From NCBI GenBank assembly GCA_013265495.1, contig MU058287.1, positions 310,001 to 374,000 of the forward strand: 64,000 bases of DNA, written 5' to 3'. The notes below the pieces were generated by a model, which saw only the letters and a list, made by a program, of their open reading frames with translations, was not told the origin of the DNA and did no database searches. The DNA comes from Vicugna vicugna (lineage: Eukaryota). The position numbers and the translations under genes are program-made. Positions 63,271-64,000 of this stretch are shown piece after piece (within the stretch, counting starts at the first letter, position 1; each line of letters opens with the position of its first letter).

Positions 63271-63634
63271 AACCCAATAACCTTCCTTCTACCCTGCCCC
63301 CCAGGTGAGCTGCCAGCCTGATCCTGGGAACATTCCAGAATCGTGGCCATTACTTTTTCAGCTCTCAGTTCCTCCTCGACCTCATCCTCCCTGGCTTGTG
63401 CTCCCAGAACTCCACTGAAACTGCCCTGAGATGCCTCAAGAGCCCCTAGTGACAAAACACTGCTCTTTTCACCCTCAACTCTGCAGTCGTGGCAACCGCT
63501 GACCATACTTGCTTCTTTTTAGAACTCTCTCCTCCCTTGGCATCTCAGGACTTCATCTTCCAACCGTCATCGGTCAGTCCCTCTCTCTTTCTGCTGTGTT
63601 CACTGTTCCTGTCCCCGGGGCTCTCCTCTCGCTG

Positions 63635-63790
63635 CTCAGTAGTCACTTGGGAGCTCTATAAAACAATACCCCTGTTCCCCCTCCCCCCAAGGCTTCTGAT
63701 TCTGTCTGTCAGGGGTGGGGACCGAGCACAGGCACGCCTCAAAGCTCTCCAGGTGGTTCTAATGTGCAAGTCAGGGGCCAGACCCACTGA
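63635..63790. mobile_element. MER5-like hAT element
   Basis: tcacttgggagctctataaaa...ttctgattc...ctctccaggtggttctaatgtgca. Confidence 0.65.
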
Positions 63791-64000
63791 GTTACAGGTG
63801 GAGAAGGAAACTGGAGCCCTCTAAGATACCAAGATAATCTTTTCAAGCATCTATTATAGCTACAAATTTGTGGCTTTAATAAAAGGCACGTATTCTTATT
63901 AAAATATATTTTTTAAAGGGAGCAGGTAGGTATTATAATCACCATCTTCTTTGAAAAGAATAGTTCTGTGGGTCTCTATGAATTTTAATGCTGCTTATAA

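Overview
This is mammalian nuclear DNA, not prokaryotic. It is most likely a camelid (alpaca/llama/camel), judged from tRNA-Ala-derived vic-1-like SINEs and artiodactyl-type L1 3' ends, with no Alu, B1/B2, BovB or CAN elements recognised. The only protein-coding sequence I can support is the last two exons of ADAT2 (tRNA A34 deaminase catalytic subunit) on the minus strand at 61334-61564, followed by a probably long 3' UTR. The other ~55 kb is intergenic (by human synteny, probably between AIG1 and ADAT2) and dominated by decayed repeats: L1/HAL1, L2, MIR, MaLR/ERVL LTRs and hAT MERs. Repeat subfamilies were named by eye from remembered consensus sequences and their boundaries are approximate. 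Nearly all entries in the ORF track are spurious. The most interesting observation is the last ADAT2 intron: 114 nt, in frame and stop-free, with its branch point inside a hairpin. Retaining it would add a hydrophobic segment before the basic C-terminus (tail-anchor-like). Other leads are chimeric or inverted retroposon insertions with target-site duplications (TSDs), and compact transcription-factor motif clusters (CRE+E-box, a CRE/TGACA cluster, an inverted octamer pair). No novel multi-gene system is evident.
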